From contig NC_082714.1 in the NCBI RefSeq assembly GCF_030144855.1, forward strand, positions 76,198,001 to 76,262,000: DNA of 64,000 nucleotides, written 5' to 3'. The DNA is from Hypanus sabinus (Eukaryota). Every line of letters begins with the position of its first letter. Positions within the stretch are counted from its first letter, which is position 1. This document shows, in pieces, positions 38,437 through 51,635 of this stretch. The notes beneath the pieces are model-generated. The model made no database searches, had not been told where the DNA came from, and saw only the letters and a program-made list of their open reading frames with translations. The position numbers were made by a program, and so were the translations under genes.

Positions 38437-41172
38437 CCCTCCCCCCATGTTGAACTGAAAACCTTTTTCATGCCAGTGCTGGAGATGAAGCATATGTGAT
38501 TCAGGAGTTGGTGAAAGATCTTGCCCTTCCAGTGTGACCTGGGCCTTGGTGCTGGTGCAGGCTACAGACCCTCTTTCACATATCCCACCAATGTTGTAGA
38601 GTCACATAGCTGTGAAACAGGCCCTTCAGCCCAACTCTTCCATGCTAACCATTAGCTTGATCTTGGAGTAGGATATAAGGTTAGTACAATATTGTGGGCC
38701 GAAGGGCCTGTAAGTGCCCCATGGTAGCGTAGTGGTTAACTTGATGCCATTACGGCTCAGGGTGTTGGACTTTGGAGTTTAATACCAACATCACCTGCAA
38801 GAAGTCCACATGTCCTCCCGTAGAATGCATGGGTTTTCTGTGGTCATCCAGTTTACCCCATGGCCCAAAGGTGATCCAGATAGGTCAACTGGTCATTGTA
38901 AATTGGCACATGATAAGGTTAAGGTTAAATAAATTGGTGTTGTGTTAAGGGATACTGGATGCTGTGGCTTGAAGCTGTGTCTCTAATTTAAAAATAAGTA
39001 AGTGAATCTTCTAAGGTTTCATTGATTCTATTGTGGTTATTATTCTAATATGGATTTATTGAGTATGCCCACGAGAAAATTAATCACAGCAAATGATTTC
39101 GATAACAAATTTACTTCAAACTTCAAGGTCAGGCCCATATCCCTCTGCATCTTTCCTATCCACGTACCTGTCCAAGTCTATTTTAAATATTCTTAATGTT
39201 CCTGTACCTCAGCCTCCTCTGCTTTTGGGCTGAAGGTCCCAGCCTATCTGTTCTCTCCTTAAGACTCAAGCCCTGCAGTTCCAGTTACATCCTTGTGAGT
39301 TTTTTTTTTCTCTACACCCTCAAGTTTATCATCCTTCCTATAACTGGGTGACCAGAACTAAACACGATATATCGGGAGTGGTCTCATCTTGATCCGCTGA
39401 GTAAGTGGGCTCAGGTTTGGCAAATGGCTTTCAAGTCAGGTGAGAGAGTGGTAAGAAGTCAAATCGGGGTGGGACTTTCACTGTGAACAGCAGAGCCCTG
39501 AACAATATTGTAGAACCGAGGGACAAATACATAATTCCCTGAAAGTGTGTCACAGGGAGGTAGGGTGGTGAAGAAGGCATATGGAAAAGTAGCTTTCATA
39601 AAACATTATGTTGCAATTGTACAAGACATGGGTGTGGACACACCAAGAGTATTGTGTTCGGTTTTGGTTGTCTGGTATAGAGTTGTCAGCAAACTGGAAA
39701 AGGTACAGAGAAGAGTTGCAAGTGTGATTCCTGGATTCAAGGGCCTAAGCTTTTGGGGGAGGTCGTGTAGGTTGGTACTTTATTCCTGAAGTGTAGGAGA
39801 CTGAGGGGTGTGAAATTATGAGAGGGTGAATGCTCAGTTTTTTCCCAAGGCTGGGTGGTTAACAACTAGAAGGCACAGGGTTAAATTGGGATTTAAAAGG
39901 AACCTGAGGGGCAACACCTCCATCTACATGGTGGTCAGTGTGTGGAGCGAGCTGCCCATTAACAATGTTTGAAATAGACTCGGACAGGGACGTGGATAGG
40001 CAAGGTTCAGAGGAATATGGGTCCAATCTAAAAGTTTGAAGTAGGTTTATTATCTAAGTACATATATGTCGGCATAAGCAATGCTGAGATTAATTTTCTT
40101 GCAGCATACTCAATAAATCTGTGATAGAATCCATGAAAGACCACACCAAACAGGCAGACAAACAACAGATGTACAAAAGACAACAATGGTGTCGAGGCAA
40201 ATACAAAAGAGAAAACTAATAAACAATAAGCATGGAGAACTTGAAATGAAGAGTCCTTGAAAGTGAGTCCATAGGTTGTGGGGACAGTTCACTGATGGGG
40301 TGAGTGAAGTTATCCCTCCCAGTGCAAGAACATGTTGGTTGAGGGGTAATAACTGTTCCTGAACCTGGTGGTGTGGTCCTGAGGATCCTGTACCATCTTC
40401 CTGGATGATGGGAGTCCTTCATGATGGATGCTGGTTTCCTGCAACAGCGCTCCATGTAGGTGGGGAGCCCTTTACCCATGATGAACTGGGCTGTAACCAC
40501 TATTTCTAGAAGCATCTTGACAAATAGTACTAATTCATATTTTTTAAATTCATATAATTCATACTATTCATAATTTTGATCAGTAGGGATGAGTTCAGCA
40601 GGAAGGGCTTGCTTCCATGCTGTATTACTCTAACTCTCTGTAGTTTTAATGTGACGTTCCCACTCCTGTGCTCACAGGCAGACCGGACACCTCACCCACC
40701 ACAGTGCATACCTGTGTCAGACAGCAGCACTCTGGTCTGCAATTTGCAGGAAGTTTCTGACAATATCAGCCAGTAATTCCCTCCCAGTGTTTGGTATCAC
40801 CATTACAAATCATTATAACTCAGTAACCCACTCCTGGCATCTGTTAATATATATATAGAGATCCCAGATTGTAATCCACTCTTTGGGATTGGTTATTCTA
40901 TATATAAACTCCCCAAACTCCCACATTAGACCCCATCTGTAAACCACTCACAGGGATCTGTTCTATTTATAAACTCCTGAATCCATTGATTAGCTCTCAG
41001 CCAGTAACCCACACTCAAAGATCTGTTAATCAATATAACCCCCAGCCCGCCCAACTCAGAAGCCCTGGATTGGATAGCAGGCTTTAACCCGGTGCCAGGG
41101 ATCTGATGCATCACACACAAGACATGAGGGACTCAGCAAGTCAGGCAGCAGCTATGTGGGGAGGGGAATAAA

Positions 41173-41210
41173 CAGCTGATGTTTCGGGCTGATACCCTTC
41201 ATCAGAGCTG
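41173..41210 (-). ncRNA. Minimal hammerhead ribozyme motif in a Penelope-like terminal repeat
   Basis: Minus strand reads CAGCU CUGAUGA A GGG UAUCAG CCC GAAAC AUC AGCUG: catalytic boxes intact, stem I CAGCU/AGCUG, stem II GGG/CCC. Confidence 0.65.
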
Positions 41211-42619
41211 GAAAGGAAGGGGGAAGAAGCTGGAATAAGAAGGTGGGGTAACAAATCTGTTATTTTACATATGACCGAAGTGTAAACACACTACAGCTAA
41301 GCTTCCAATTAACGACAGCATCCTTGGCGTTCCCAATGTTTCTGCACAGCAGCCTTTAGTGTGTTAGGCGCAGATCCCTCTGTACCTCACAGCTCCACAA
41401 TCCATCACCCTTTGCATTTCATAGATTAAGATTCATAGATTCATACAACAGAGAAATAGGCCAACAGTCCAAATTGTCCACGCTGTCCAAGGTGCCTTTA
41501 CAAAGGATGTCATTAAGATGGAGAGGGTGCAGAAAAGATTTACGAGGATGTTACCAGGACTGGAGGGCTTGAATTACAAGGAGAGACTGGAGGTATCTGT
41601 GCTTGCCTCATTTGCCTGTATTTGGCCCACATCCCTTTAAACCTTTCCTGCACATGCATCTATCCAAGTGCCTTTTAAATGCTGCTGCCTCAAACACTTC
41701 CTCTGGCAGCTCATTCCATATGTATGTATGTATAATGAACATGTCCTCAGGTCCCCTTTAAATCTTCTCCCCTCTATCTGTCAACTTGTGCCCTCTTGTC
41801 TTAGATTCCCTGGTCCTGGGAAAAAGACTGTGACTACCCACCTTATGATTGCCCCTCACAATTTTGTAACCTCTATAAGGTCACCCTTCAGCCTTCTCTC
41901 CAGGGAAAGTGCCCTAGTCTCTCCAGTCCCTCCTTGTAATTCAAGCCCTCCAGTCCTGGTAACATCCTCGTAAATCTTTTCTGCACCCTCTCTAGCTTAA
42001 TGACATCCTTCGTATAGCTGGGCGACCAGAACTGCACATGGTACTCCAAGTGTGGTCCTGTCAAGGAATTCAGCAGCCAAATGTCATCTTCACCACCCTG
42101 TTAACCTGTCTCAGCATCAGAGTTCAACATACCTGAACTCTAGGGTCTTCCTATACCGATCTTCACAGCACACCACTGGATCTGAAAGCCCTCCCCTACC
42201 ACCCTCTGCCTCCTCTTACTAATTCAAATTTGTAGACACAAGACACAGAGGACTGCAGATGTTAGAATCTAGAACTAAATAAAAAAGGAACAGGAGGCAC
42301 TCACCCTGGATGAGCGTTCTAACCTTCTGGACCAGCCTACCATGGGGGACTCTGTCAGAAACCCAAGTGGACATAATATATCCACCTACCTGTACTCCGT
42401 GCTGTTGTTCATCCCTTCTAATAAAAGTTCAGTCAGGGAACTGTCCCTAGTCCTTGATCACGGAGAGACAATATGCCTCTTTATCTTCTCTGTTAAACGG
42501 AAGATTTCACATTTTCCACAGATCATTTTCCATTTGCCAGATCATTGCCCTCTCACTGAACCTGTCTCTATCCCCTTTCTCCTCTTACCTATTGACCTTT
42601 GCAAATTTAGCAGCAATAC

Positions 42620-43550
42620 TTTCAGATTCAGATTCAGTTTATTGTCATTCAGAAACCACAGATGCAATGCAGTTTAAAAAATGAGATAATGCTGCTCCAG
42701 AACGATATCACAAAAGCACATGACAAAACAGACTACACCAGAAAATCTACATAACATTTGGCAATCCCCAATCCAGAGTCCGGAGAGGCTGCTGTGTATT
42801 AATATCGTGCTACCGTCTAGCGCGTTCCCCAGAAAGGTGCTCCAAATCCACCAGACAAACCAGACTTAAAACTAAAGCCACAAGACCTGCACAAAACCAC
42901 AGAGTTACAACAGTGCAAACAATAGCATAATTGATTTTTTTTTAAAAAACAGACTATGGGCACAGTAAAAATAGTCCAAAGATGTTAAAGGACTATAAGT
43001 TCAAAAGAAACCACCACACAGTTTCCACAAGTCCCCAGGGTCCCGACAGACTCGCCATCCCACGCCGGCAGCAGAAGGGAATACCCACACTATGGACTTC
43101 CACGGCACCGCCCGACTCAGCCTCGCAGACGCAGCACACAATGTAAGCTCTGTCGAAACCAGCCTCGCAGATGCAGCGCACACCAACAGTGACCTGACCG
43201 CAGTGGACTCCAAGTCCGTTGAACCTCTGAGCCTCTGACCATCCCCTCCGGCACAGCTTCTCCGAGCACCATCCTCTGCTGAGCGTATTAAGACGGCCCC
43301 GCCAACAGCCACCGGCAACGTGACCCCGAGGACTGGGGGCCTGTTCTTCCCAGCAGAGACCCGGACCTCACAGCAGCACCAGCAGCAGCAGCAACAAAGA
43401 AGGTCTTCCTGGAGATTTCCCGATGTTCCTCCATGCTCCCACGTCTGTTTTCAATCGATTATGATTGCGCACGGCACCCCACTTCACAAATAACAGATAA
43501 TCAGCTCCGGAGTGGCCACTGCAAGCTGCGTCGCGCCGCCATCTTGGATC
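42620..43550 (-). mobile_element. Young non-autonomous retroelement (~930 bp, non-coding)
   Basis: 5' end CAAGATGGCGGCGCGACG, CpG-rich body, 3' AATAAA followed by a (CTGAAT)n tail; interrupts a decayed CR1 fragment. Confidence 0.6.
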
Positions 43551-45564
43551 ATTAATCATTGTAATTTGTACTTGTGGTGAGGATTAGAGTGCCACCACTG
43601 ATCCAAGTGACAGCCCACTCGTTACACCCAGCCAGAACTGGAATTGGTGTATTATTGTCAGATAGGTACAGTGGAAAAACACGTCTGGCATACTATGTCC
43701 TCTACTGCCATGATGAAGCAGAATATAGGTTGGAGGAGCAACAACTCATTTCATATGGGTAGCCTCCAACCTGATGGCATGAACATTAATTTCTCCAACT
43801 TCTGGTAACCACTACCACCTTCCCCCTGCTCTCTTTTTCCATTTCCCATTCTGGTTATCCAAATCTCCCTTTCTCTTCTCCTCCTCCCTTCCTTTCTTCC
43901 ATGATCCACTGTCCTCTCCAATTAGATTCCTCTTCCTTTCAGCCCTTCTGCCTGTCACCTCCCAGCTTCTTGCTTCATCCCTACCCACCCACTTTCATTC
44001 TCACCTATCAGCTTGTACTCCTTCCTATCTCCCTGCCTTCCTATTCCAGTATTTGCCCCCAGTACTGATAGAGACTTTCCACCCAAAACTATTCCCCTCT
44101 GTAAATGATACTTGGCCCTCTGAGTTCCTCCAGCATTTTGTGTTGTTCAAGTTTCCAGCATCTGCACAAACTCTCATTTTTATTGGCATTGCACAGAGCA
44201 TCGAGGGAGGACAAGGTAAAACTAATGGTGTTACAGAGAAAGTGCAATGGAGGCAGAGGATAAGGTGCAAGGCTGTGACAAGGTAGACTGTGAGGTCAAG
44301 AGTCCATCGCATCGTACCAGGGAGCCATTCAGTAGTCATACGACACCAGGGTAAAAGCTGAGCTTGAGCCTGGTTGGTGGTACGTGCTTTAAAGCTTTTA
44401 TTTCTTTTGCCCAATGGGAGGGGTGAGAAGAGAGAATGTCCAGGCTGAGTGGGGTCTCTGATTATGCTCAGAATTGGAATTACGGTAGGTTTATATTTAC
44501 TAAAACCCATCACTCCAGTTGGGGCATAGACCACCAAGAGCAGCTCGCCAGAGTCCTGTCATGGGTGATCTTGGTAGTGATCCTGGATGACAGAAGGCTA
44601 ACTTTCACAGACTTTCAGCTTTCACCACACAGTTTCACGTGTCTCCCAGGTGAAGATCCTTCCCCTCCCAGGAATGAGGTCTTTGGTGTTTCTGTAGCCC
44701 TGGGTTTTTACGGGATGGGGTTGCTATCCTCGTGCCCAACCCTCCTCCCCTCTCAGCCAGGCTTGGGACCATGCATGGCAGACTTATTATGTTTATTATT
44801 ACTGAAATACTTTGTGAAGTTTATTCTTTTCTGACAGCAGTACATGAAAAGTCACTACAAGTTACAGTAAACAGTGCAAAAGCAGAATAGCAAAGTAGTG
44901 TTCATGGGTTCATGAGCTGTTCAGAAATCTGACAGCCAAGAGTAGGAAGCTGTTTTCAAGCCATTGAGTGTGTCTCCTCAGGCTCTTGTACCTCCTCCCT
45001 GGTGGTAGTAACGTCAAGAAGATGTGCCCTGGATGCTGCCTTTTTGAGGTGCCACCTTTTGAAGATGTCCTAATTGGTGGGAAGGGTTGTGTCTGTGATG
45101 GAGCTGGACGCATCTACGATCCTCTGCTGCCTCTCGCAAAGCTGCTTTACTGAGGTTGCACGCATTATATACAGAAAGGCAGGCAAGAGAAAATCTGCAG
45201 ATACTTTAAATTCAAGCAACACACATAAAAAGCAGGAGGAACTCAGCAGGCCAGGCAGCATCTATGGAAAAGAGTGAACAGTTGACCCTTCATCAGGACT
45301 GCCCTTTTTTTTTGCCTCTCCAGTCTCTCAGTAATTCAGTAATTCTGGAAGTATTTCAGTAATCTCTGCCAAGCAATCTCTGATCCACACTAATGTGTTA
45401 AACCACCTGCAAAACTGTGCTAACTTCTGTTGTGGCACCTTATCAGATGCCTTCAAATTAACAATGTATAGTCCATCTGGGCCCTTTATCGACCCAGGTG
45501 CCTGTCCCACTGAGGACTGATGCTGGCTGCCTGTGGTGACCCTCACCCGTGTTGTTATTTCCAG

Positions 45565-45760
45565 TGGTGCTGATAGGAGAATCTGGGGTGGGGAAGAGCA
45601 ACCTACTCTCTCGCTTCACCCGCAACGAGTTCAACCACGACAGCAGGACCACCATCGGGGTGGAGTTTTCCACACGCACCGTCACTGTGGATGGAGTGGC
45701 CGTGAAGACACAGATCTGGGACACAGCCGGGCTGGAGCGTTACCGAGCCATTACCTCCGC
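45565..45760 (+). CDS. RAB25: RAB25 exon 2 (196 nt)
   Basis: [62 protein letters not shown] and DTAGLE are RAB25 diagnostics. Donor GC|GTACGT. Confidence 0.96.
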
Positions 45761-46344
45761 GTACGTATGCTGCCATGAGTTCTGCCACCATAACATCCCT
45801 CCATCACTCCTTCTTCTGGTCTCTCTTCCACCAATCACCTCCCAACTCCTCACATCATTTCCTTTCGTACACTTCCCCACCCACCCACTCACCTTCCTAT
45901 TCACCAGCTTGTAATCCTTCCCCTCCCACCATCTTCTTATTCTGGCTTCCTATCCCTTCGTTTCCAGTCCTGGTGAATGGTCTTGGCCTGAAACGTTGAC
46001 TGTTTATTCCTCTGCATAATGCTGCCTGACCTGTTGAGTTACCCCAGCATTTTACTCTGGATTTCCAGCATATGCAGAATCTCTTATGCCTTCATCACCC
46101 TGTTCCCTGCTTGCTGACCAATTCCAAGTCCCTGTTTGTCCTCTGTCCCACCTTCTTTAAGATTTCAGTCAGGCCTCTTACCTGGGACCCTCTACACTCC
46201 TCCCATCTACTGGATCTGCTCACCATTCATGTGTCACAACCCTAGAGCGCTCCGAGGGCGTAGTTAAGCATGATCTCTATTTTGCTAACCCGTGCAGGCC
46301 TCCTGGTCCCACACCATCCAGCCTTGCCCCTCCACAAAGAGGTG

Positions 46345-47665
46345 TCTTTCCTCTTTAAGAAAGGAGGAAGGCAGCAGAGAGAAAATTATAGACCAGTTAG
46401 CCTGACCTCAGTGGTTGGGAAGATATTAGAGTCAATTGTTAAGGATGAAGTCGTGAAGAACCTGGTGACACAGGACAAGATGGGACAAAGTCAGCATGGT
46501 TTCCTTCAGGGAAAATCCTGCCTGATGAACCTGTTGGAATTCTTTAAGGAGATTACAAGTAGGATAGATAAGGGGGATATAGTGAATGTTGTATATGTGG
46601 ACCTTCAGAGGCCTTTGACAAGATGCCACACATGAGGCCGCTCACCAAGTTAAGAGCCCAAGGTATTACAGGAAAATTAATGGCATGGTTAGAGCATTGG
46701 CTGATTGGTAGAAGGCAGTGAGTGGGAATAAAAGGATCCTTTTCTGGTTGGCTGCCAGTGACTAGTGGTGTTCCACAGGGGTTGATGTTGGGACTGCTTC
46801 TTTTTATGCAATATATCAATGATTTAGATGATAGAGTAGATGGCTTTGTTGCCAAATTTGCAGATGATATGAAGATTGGAGGAGGGGCAGAAGGTGTTGA
46901 GGAAATGGGGAGACTGCAGACTGTTTTCTAAATGGAAGAAAATCCAAACATCTGACATGCAAAGGGTTTGGGAGTCCTTGAGCAGAACACCCTAAAGGTT
47001 AACTTGCAGGTTGGTAACGAGGAAGGCAAATACAATGTTCATTTCAAGAGGTCAAGAATACGAAGAAGAATGTGATGCTGAGGCTTTATAAGGCACTGGA
47101 AAGGCCTCACATTGAGTGTGGTGAACAATTTTGGGCTCCTCATCTAAGAAAAGATGTACTGGCATTGGAGAGGGTCCAGAGGAGATTCACAAGGATGATT
47201 CCGGGAATGTAAGAGTTATCATACGAGGAACATTTGATAGCTCTGGGTCTGTACTCACTGGAATTTTGAAGTATGAGGAGGAATGTCATTGAAACCTTTT
47301 AAATGTTGAAAGGCCTAGACAGAGTAGATGTGGAAAGGATGTTTCCCATGGTGGGGGAGTCTAGGACAAGAGGGCACAGCCTCAGGGTGGAAGAACATCC
47401 ATTTAAAACAGATGCAGAGAAATTTCTCTAACCAGAGGGTGGTGAATTTGTGGAATTTGTCAGCACATGCAGCTGTGGAGGCCAGGTTGTTGGGTGTATT
47501 TAAAACAGAGCTTGATAGGTTCTTGATTGGACATGGTATCACAGGTTACAGGGAGAAGGCTGGGAGTGGGGCGGAGGATGAGAAAAAGGAATCAGCCATG
47601 ATTGAATGGCAAAGCAGACTCGATGGGCCAAATGGGCCAATTCCATTCCTATGTCTTACGGTCCT
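46345..47665 (+). mobile_element. CR1-like LINE, RT to 3' end, frameshifted, in RAB25 intron 2
   Basis: NYRPVSLTSVVGK, SGVPQG..G..LF..YINDLD..KFADD. Confidence 0.92.
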
Positions 47666-47929
47666 TGGGATGTGGGATGGAATCAGAGCACCCAGGGAAA
47701 CCCACACTCTTACTCTCTCTTGCAGACACCACACGCTGACTTAATGAATCACTTCACTTGCTCTGTGCCACGTGCTCACTGCCACTCACATTGGTCATAT
47801 ATACACGCTGATTCTATGAATCACTTCACTCACAGACACACAACACCGGAGGCCGGGAACAAACCCAGGTCTGGTGCTGTGAGCCAGTGGCTCTACCCGC
47901 TGCATCATTCTCGTCTTTGGGCACTACAG

Positions 47930-48123
47930 GTACTACCGAGGAGCAGTAGGGGCCCTGCTGGTGTACGACATCTCCAAGCACCAGACGTATGAGAACGTGG
48001 AGCGGTGGTTGACCGAGCTCCTGGACAACGCTGACAACAACCTGGTGGTGATGCTGGTGGGCAACAAGAGTGACTTGTCCGACATCCGCACTGTGCCCAT
48101 CGATGAGGCTATGACCTTCGCAG
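47930..48123 (+). CDS. RAB25: RAB25 exon 3 (194 nt)
   Basis: [64 protein letters not shown]; AG/GT boundaries in the expected phases. Confidence 0.96.
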
Positions 48124-48514
48124 GTGAGGGGCCTAAAATACTGAGAGGCACAGATCAAGCAACCAGTTCAATCCTTTCCCGAGGCTAGAGATGTCAAATA
48201 CCAGAGTACCTGCATTTAGGTGAGTGGGAGGGGGGAGGGATTTTAAAGGAGATGTTCAGGACATGCTTTATAATTGCAGTCACTAGAATGCACTGCCAGA
48301 GGTAATGGTGAGGCAGATCCGATAGAGACACATAAGAGGCTCTCAGCTAAACACTTGACTGTGCTGGCCTGGCTGAATATGGACACTGGGTAGGCAGAGC
48401 GGATTACTTGGCCATTTAATTACTTTGACACTACAGTGTACTACTCTACCTTTGGGCTGGCGGGGACAGAAAGGGTACTCCTAAAAACCACACAATAAAA
48501 TAGAGGGCCTCCTG

Positions 48515-49335
48515 TCACCACCTGTCTCTCCCATCCCCCCCACCCTGTCTCTCCCTCTCCCTGGCCGGTCTGTTCCCCACCCCCCCCACCCTGTCTCTCC
48601 CCCTCCCTGACCAGTCTTTCCCCCCACCCCCTATACTCCCACCCTGTCTCTCCCCCTCCCTGACCAGTCTTTCCCCCCACCCCCCATACTCCCACCCTGT
48701 CTCTCCCCCTCCCTGGCCAGTCTCTTCCCCCCCCCCCATAATCCCAATCTGCCTCTCCCTCTCCCTGACCATTCTCTCCCCCCCCCCAATAATCCCTCCC
48801 TGGCCACTCTCTCCCACCCCACCCTGTCTCTCCCTCTCCCTGGCCGGTCTGTTCCCCACCCCCCCCACCCTGTCTCTCCCCCTCCCTGACCAGTCTTCCC
48901 CTCTCCCATACTCCCACCCTGTCTCTCCCCCCCAACCCGGTCTCTCCCCCCCACCCTATCTCTCCCCCTCCCTGGCCAGTCTCTCTCTCCCCCTCCCTGG
49001 CCAGTCTCTCTCTCCCCCTCCCCGGCCAGTCTATACCTCCCTCCCCCACCCTGTCTCTCCCCTTCCCTGGCCAGTCTCTCTCTCCCCCTCACTGGCCGGT
49101 CTCTCTCCCCCTCCCCGGCCAGTCTATACCTCCCCCCCCCACCCTGTCTCTCCCCCTCCCTGACCAGTCTTCCCCTCTCCCATACTCCCACCCTGTCTCT
49201 CCCCCCCAACCCGGTCTCTCCCCCCCACCCTATCTCTCCCCCTCCCTGGCCAGTCTCTCTCTCCCCCTCACTGGCCGGTCTCTCTCCCCCTCCCCGGCCA
49301 GTCTATACCTCCCTCCCCCACCCTGTCTCTCCCCT
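48515..49335 (+). repeat. C-rich composite minisatellite in RAB25 intron 3
   Basis: Shuffled modules CCACCCTGTCTCTCCCCCTCCCTG(A/G)CCAGTCT with higher-order duplications. Confidence 0.9.
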
Positions 49336-49892
49336 TTTGATCCTGTGGTTCCTGGTGAACTCTGACTTGGGTTCAGAATCACAGCGATCGTCACTGTCTG
49401 AGATGAGACGATCTGTTGTTTCCTGGGACACGTTACTATAAAACACATGCATTAAAGAAATAAATAGTGCAGGAAGAAGGAATAATGAGGTAGCTTTCAT
49501 GACCATTTTGGAAGGACACTCCGGGATCGAACTTGAGTCTCTGAACAGCTACTCTGCCCATCTGATGTATTCCAGATGTGGTTACCCAGCACCTACAGCT
49601 TCAGAGAATGCCCTGGGATTTGGGTTGGGCTCAAGAATATCCATGGGTTTGGGTCAGGGGTCAGAGTTCGGAACATCCAATAGGTTGGAGTCATGTTGGG
49701 GGGAGGGTCAGGAACTCCCATAGGTCAGGGTTGAGCAAAGGCCACTCACTCCACCGATAGTGATCCAGAGGTGGGCGAGGAATTGGCCGTGATGTCAGAG
49801 CTTGGGCAGGCAGGGCTGAGTGCATGATTGGCTGCCGACCTTCCTACTGCCACCGGGCACTCGGCTGATTGGCTGCTGCTTTGTCTCGGCAG

Positions 49893-49973
49893 AGAAACAC
49901 CAGATGTTGTTCATGGAGACGTCTGCGCTGGACTCGACCAATGTGGAGCCGGCATTCCAGTCTGTTATCACAG
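49893..49973 (+). CDS. RAB25: RAB25 exon 4 (81 nt)
   Basis: EKHQMLFMETSALDSTNVEPAFQSVIT (G5 box ETSAL); donor CAG|GTAGGG. Confidence 0.95.
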
Positions 49974-50273
49974 GTAGGGTCACCTGGACAACCAGCCCTC
50001 ATACACTCAAACCCCACCCATTTCCCTCCCCCTCACCCCGTGCCTACTCTTTCCCCTTCACCCACCTTAACTGAAAGGCCGAGGGTCAACGTGGAATTGC
50101 CAATGAGTGTGAGGGAGGGCTTGTGACAAAGATCGGCTGGTTATGCTGAATGGCCTCTTCTGGCTCAAGTCGTGAGTTGTGGCACTCGTGAGCTTGTCAG
50201 GGGCTTGGGTGGGTCGGGGTGGCCAAGCTGTGAGATCTTGCTATGCCCTAACCTTCCGTTGCCTCCCCCGCAG

Positions 50274-50407
50274 AGATCTTCCGTCGCCGGGCTGAGGGAC
50301 GGATGAGCCAGGCATCTCGAACCACAGTCACCCTCAGCCCCAACAGCGTCTCCAACGAGGGGGCCATGGTGACCCCGAGTAAGAAACCCTGCTGTCAGAA
50401 TATCTGA
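50274..50407 (+). CDS. RAB25: RAB25 exon 5 with CCXXX prenylation motif
   Basis: EIFRRRAEGRMSQASRTTVTLSPNSVSNEGAMVTPSKKPCCQNI*. Exon sum 40+196+194+81+134=645 nt = 214 aa + stop. Confidence 0.93.
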
Positions 50408-50579
50408 ACTTGCCCCTCATCTCACTCTCAGGACTACACCACGCCCCTCCCCTCCCTAAACCCACACTCCCTCACCACACCACACACCGTTAACCACACC
50501 TCTATACCACCCACAGTCTCCATACCCCACAGACCTGTCAGTACTCTCCTGGTTGGGATCTCCTCAAGAATATCAAGCA

Positions 50580-51635
50580 TGTGGTGGGACGGTGTGGAGG
50601 GGGTTTCACTCTGTGTCTGACCCTGGGAGTGTGTGATGTGATGGTGTAGAGGGAGCTTCACTCTGTGTCTGACCCTGGGAGTGTGTGATGGGACGGTGTA
50701 GAGGGAGTTTCACTCTGTGTCTAACCCTGGGAGTGTGTGATGGGATGGTGTAGAGGGAGCTTCACTGTATATCTGACCCTGGGACTGTGTGGTGGGATGG
50801 TGTAGAGGGAGCTTCACTGTGTGTCTGACCCTGGGACTGTGTGGTGGGACGGTGTAGAGGGAGTTTCACTCTGTGTCTAACCCTGGGAGTGTGTGATGGG
50901 ACGGTGTAGAGGGAGCTTCACTCTGTGTCTGACCCCGGGAGTGTGTGATGGGACGGTGTAGAGGGAGTTTCACTCTGTGTCTAACCCTGGGACTGTGTGG
51001 TGGGACGGTGTAGAGGGAGTTTCACTCTGTGTCTGACCCCGGGAGTGTGTGATGGGACGGTGTAGAGGGAGTTTCACTCTGTGTCTGACCCCGGGAGTGT
51101 GTGATGGGACGGTGTAGAGGGAGCTTCACTCTGTGTCTGACCCCGGGAGTGTGTGATGGGACGGTGTAGAGGGAGTTTCACTCTGTGTCTGACCCTGGGA
51201 CTGTGTGGTGGGACGGTGTAGAGGGAGTTTCACTCTGTGTCTAACCCTGGGAGTGTGTGATGGGACGGTGTAGAGGGAGCTTCACTCTGTGTCTGACCCC
51301 GGGAGTGTGTGATGTGACGGTGTGGAGGGAGCTTCACTCTGTGTCTGACCCCGGGAGTGTGTGATGGGACGGTGTAGAGGGAGTTTCACTCTGTGTCTAA
51401 CCCTGGGAGTGTGTGATGGGACGGTGTAGAGGGAGCTTCACTGTATATCTGACCCTGGGACTGTGTGGTGGGATGGTGTAGAGGGAGCTTCACTGTGTGT
51501 CTGACCCTGGGACTGTGTGGTGGGACGGTGTAGAGGGAGTTTCACTCTGTGTCTAACCCTGGGAGTGTGTGATGGGACGGTGTAGAGGGAGCTTCACTGT
51601 GTGTCTGACCCTGGGAGTGTGTGATGGGACAGTGC
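50580..51635 (+). repeat. 52-bp minisatellite (~20 units), same family as 8925-10020, in the putative RAB25 3' UTR
   Basis: Unit GGGACGGTGTAGAGGGAG(T/C)TTCACTCTGTGTCTGACCC(C/T)GGGAGTGTGTGAT. Confidence 0.97.

Noticed and set aside
48441-49448. G/R/E-rich ORFs here and P/S/H-rich ORFs at 60969-61676
   Set aside because: Translations of minisatellites.
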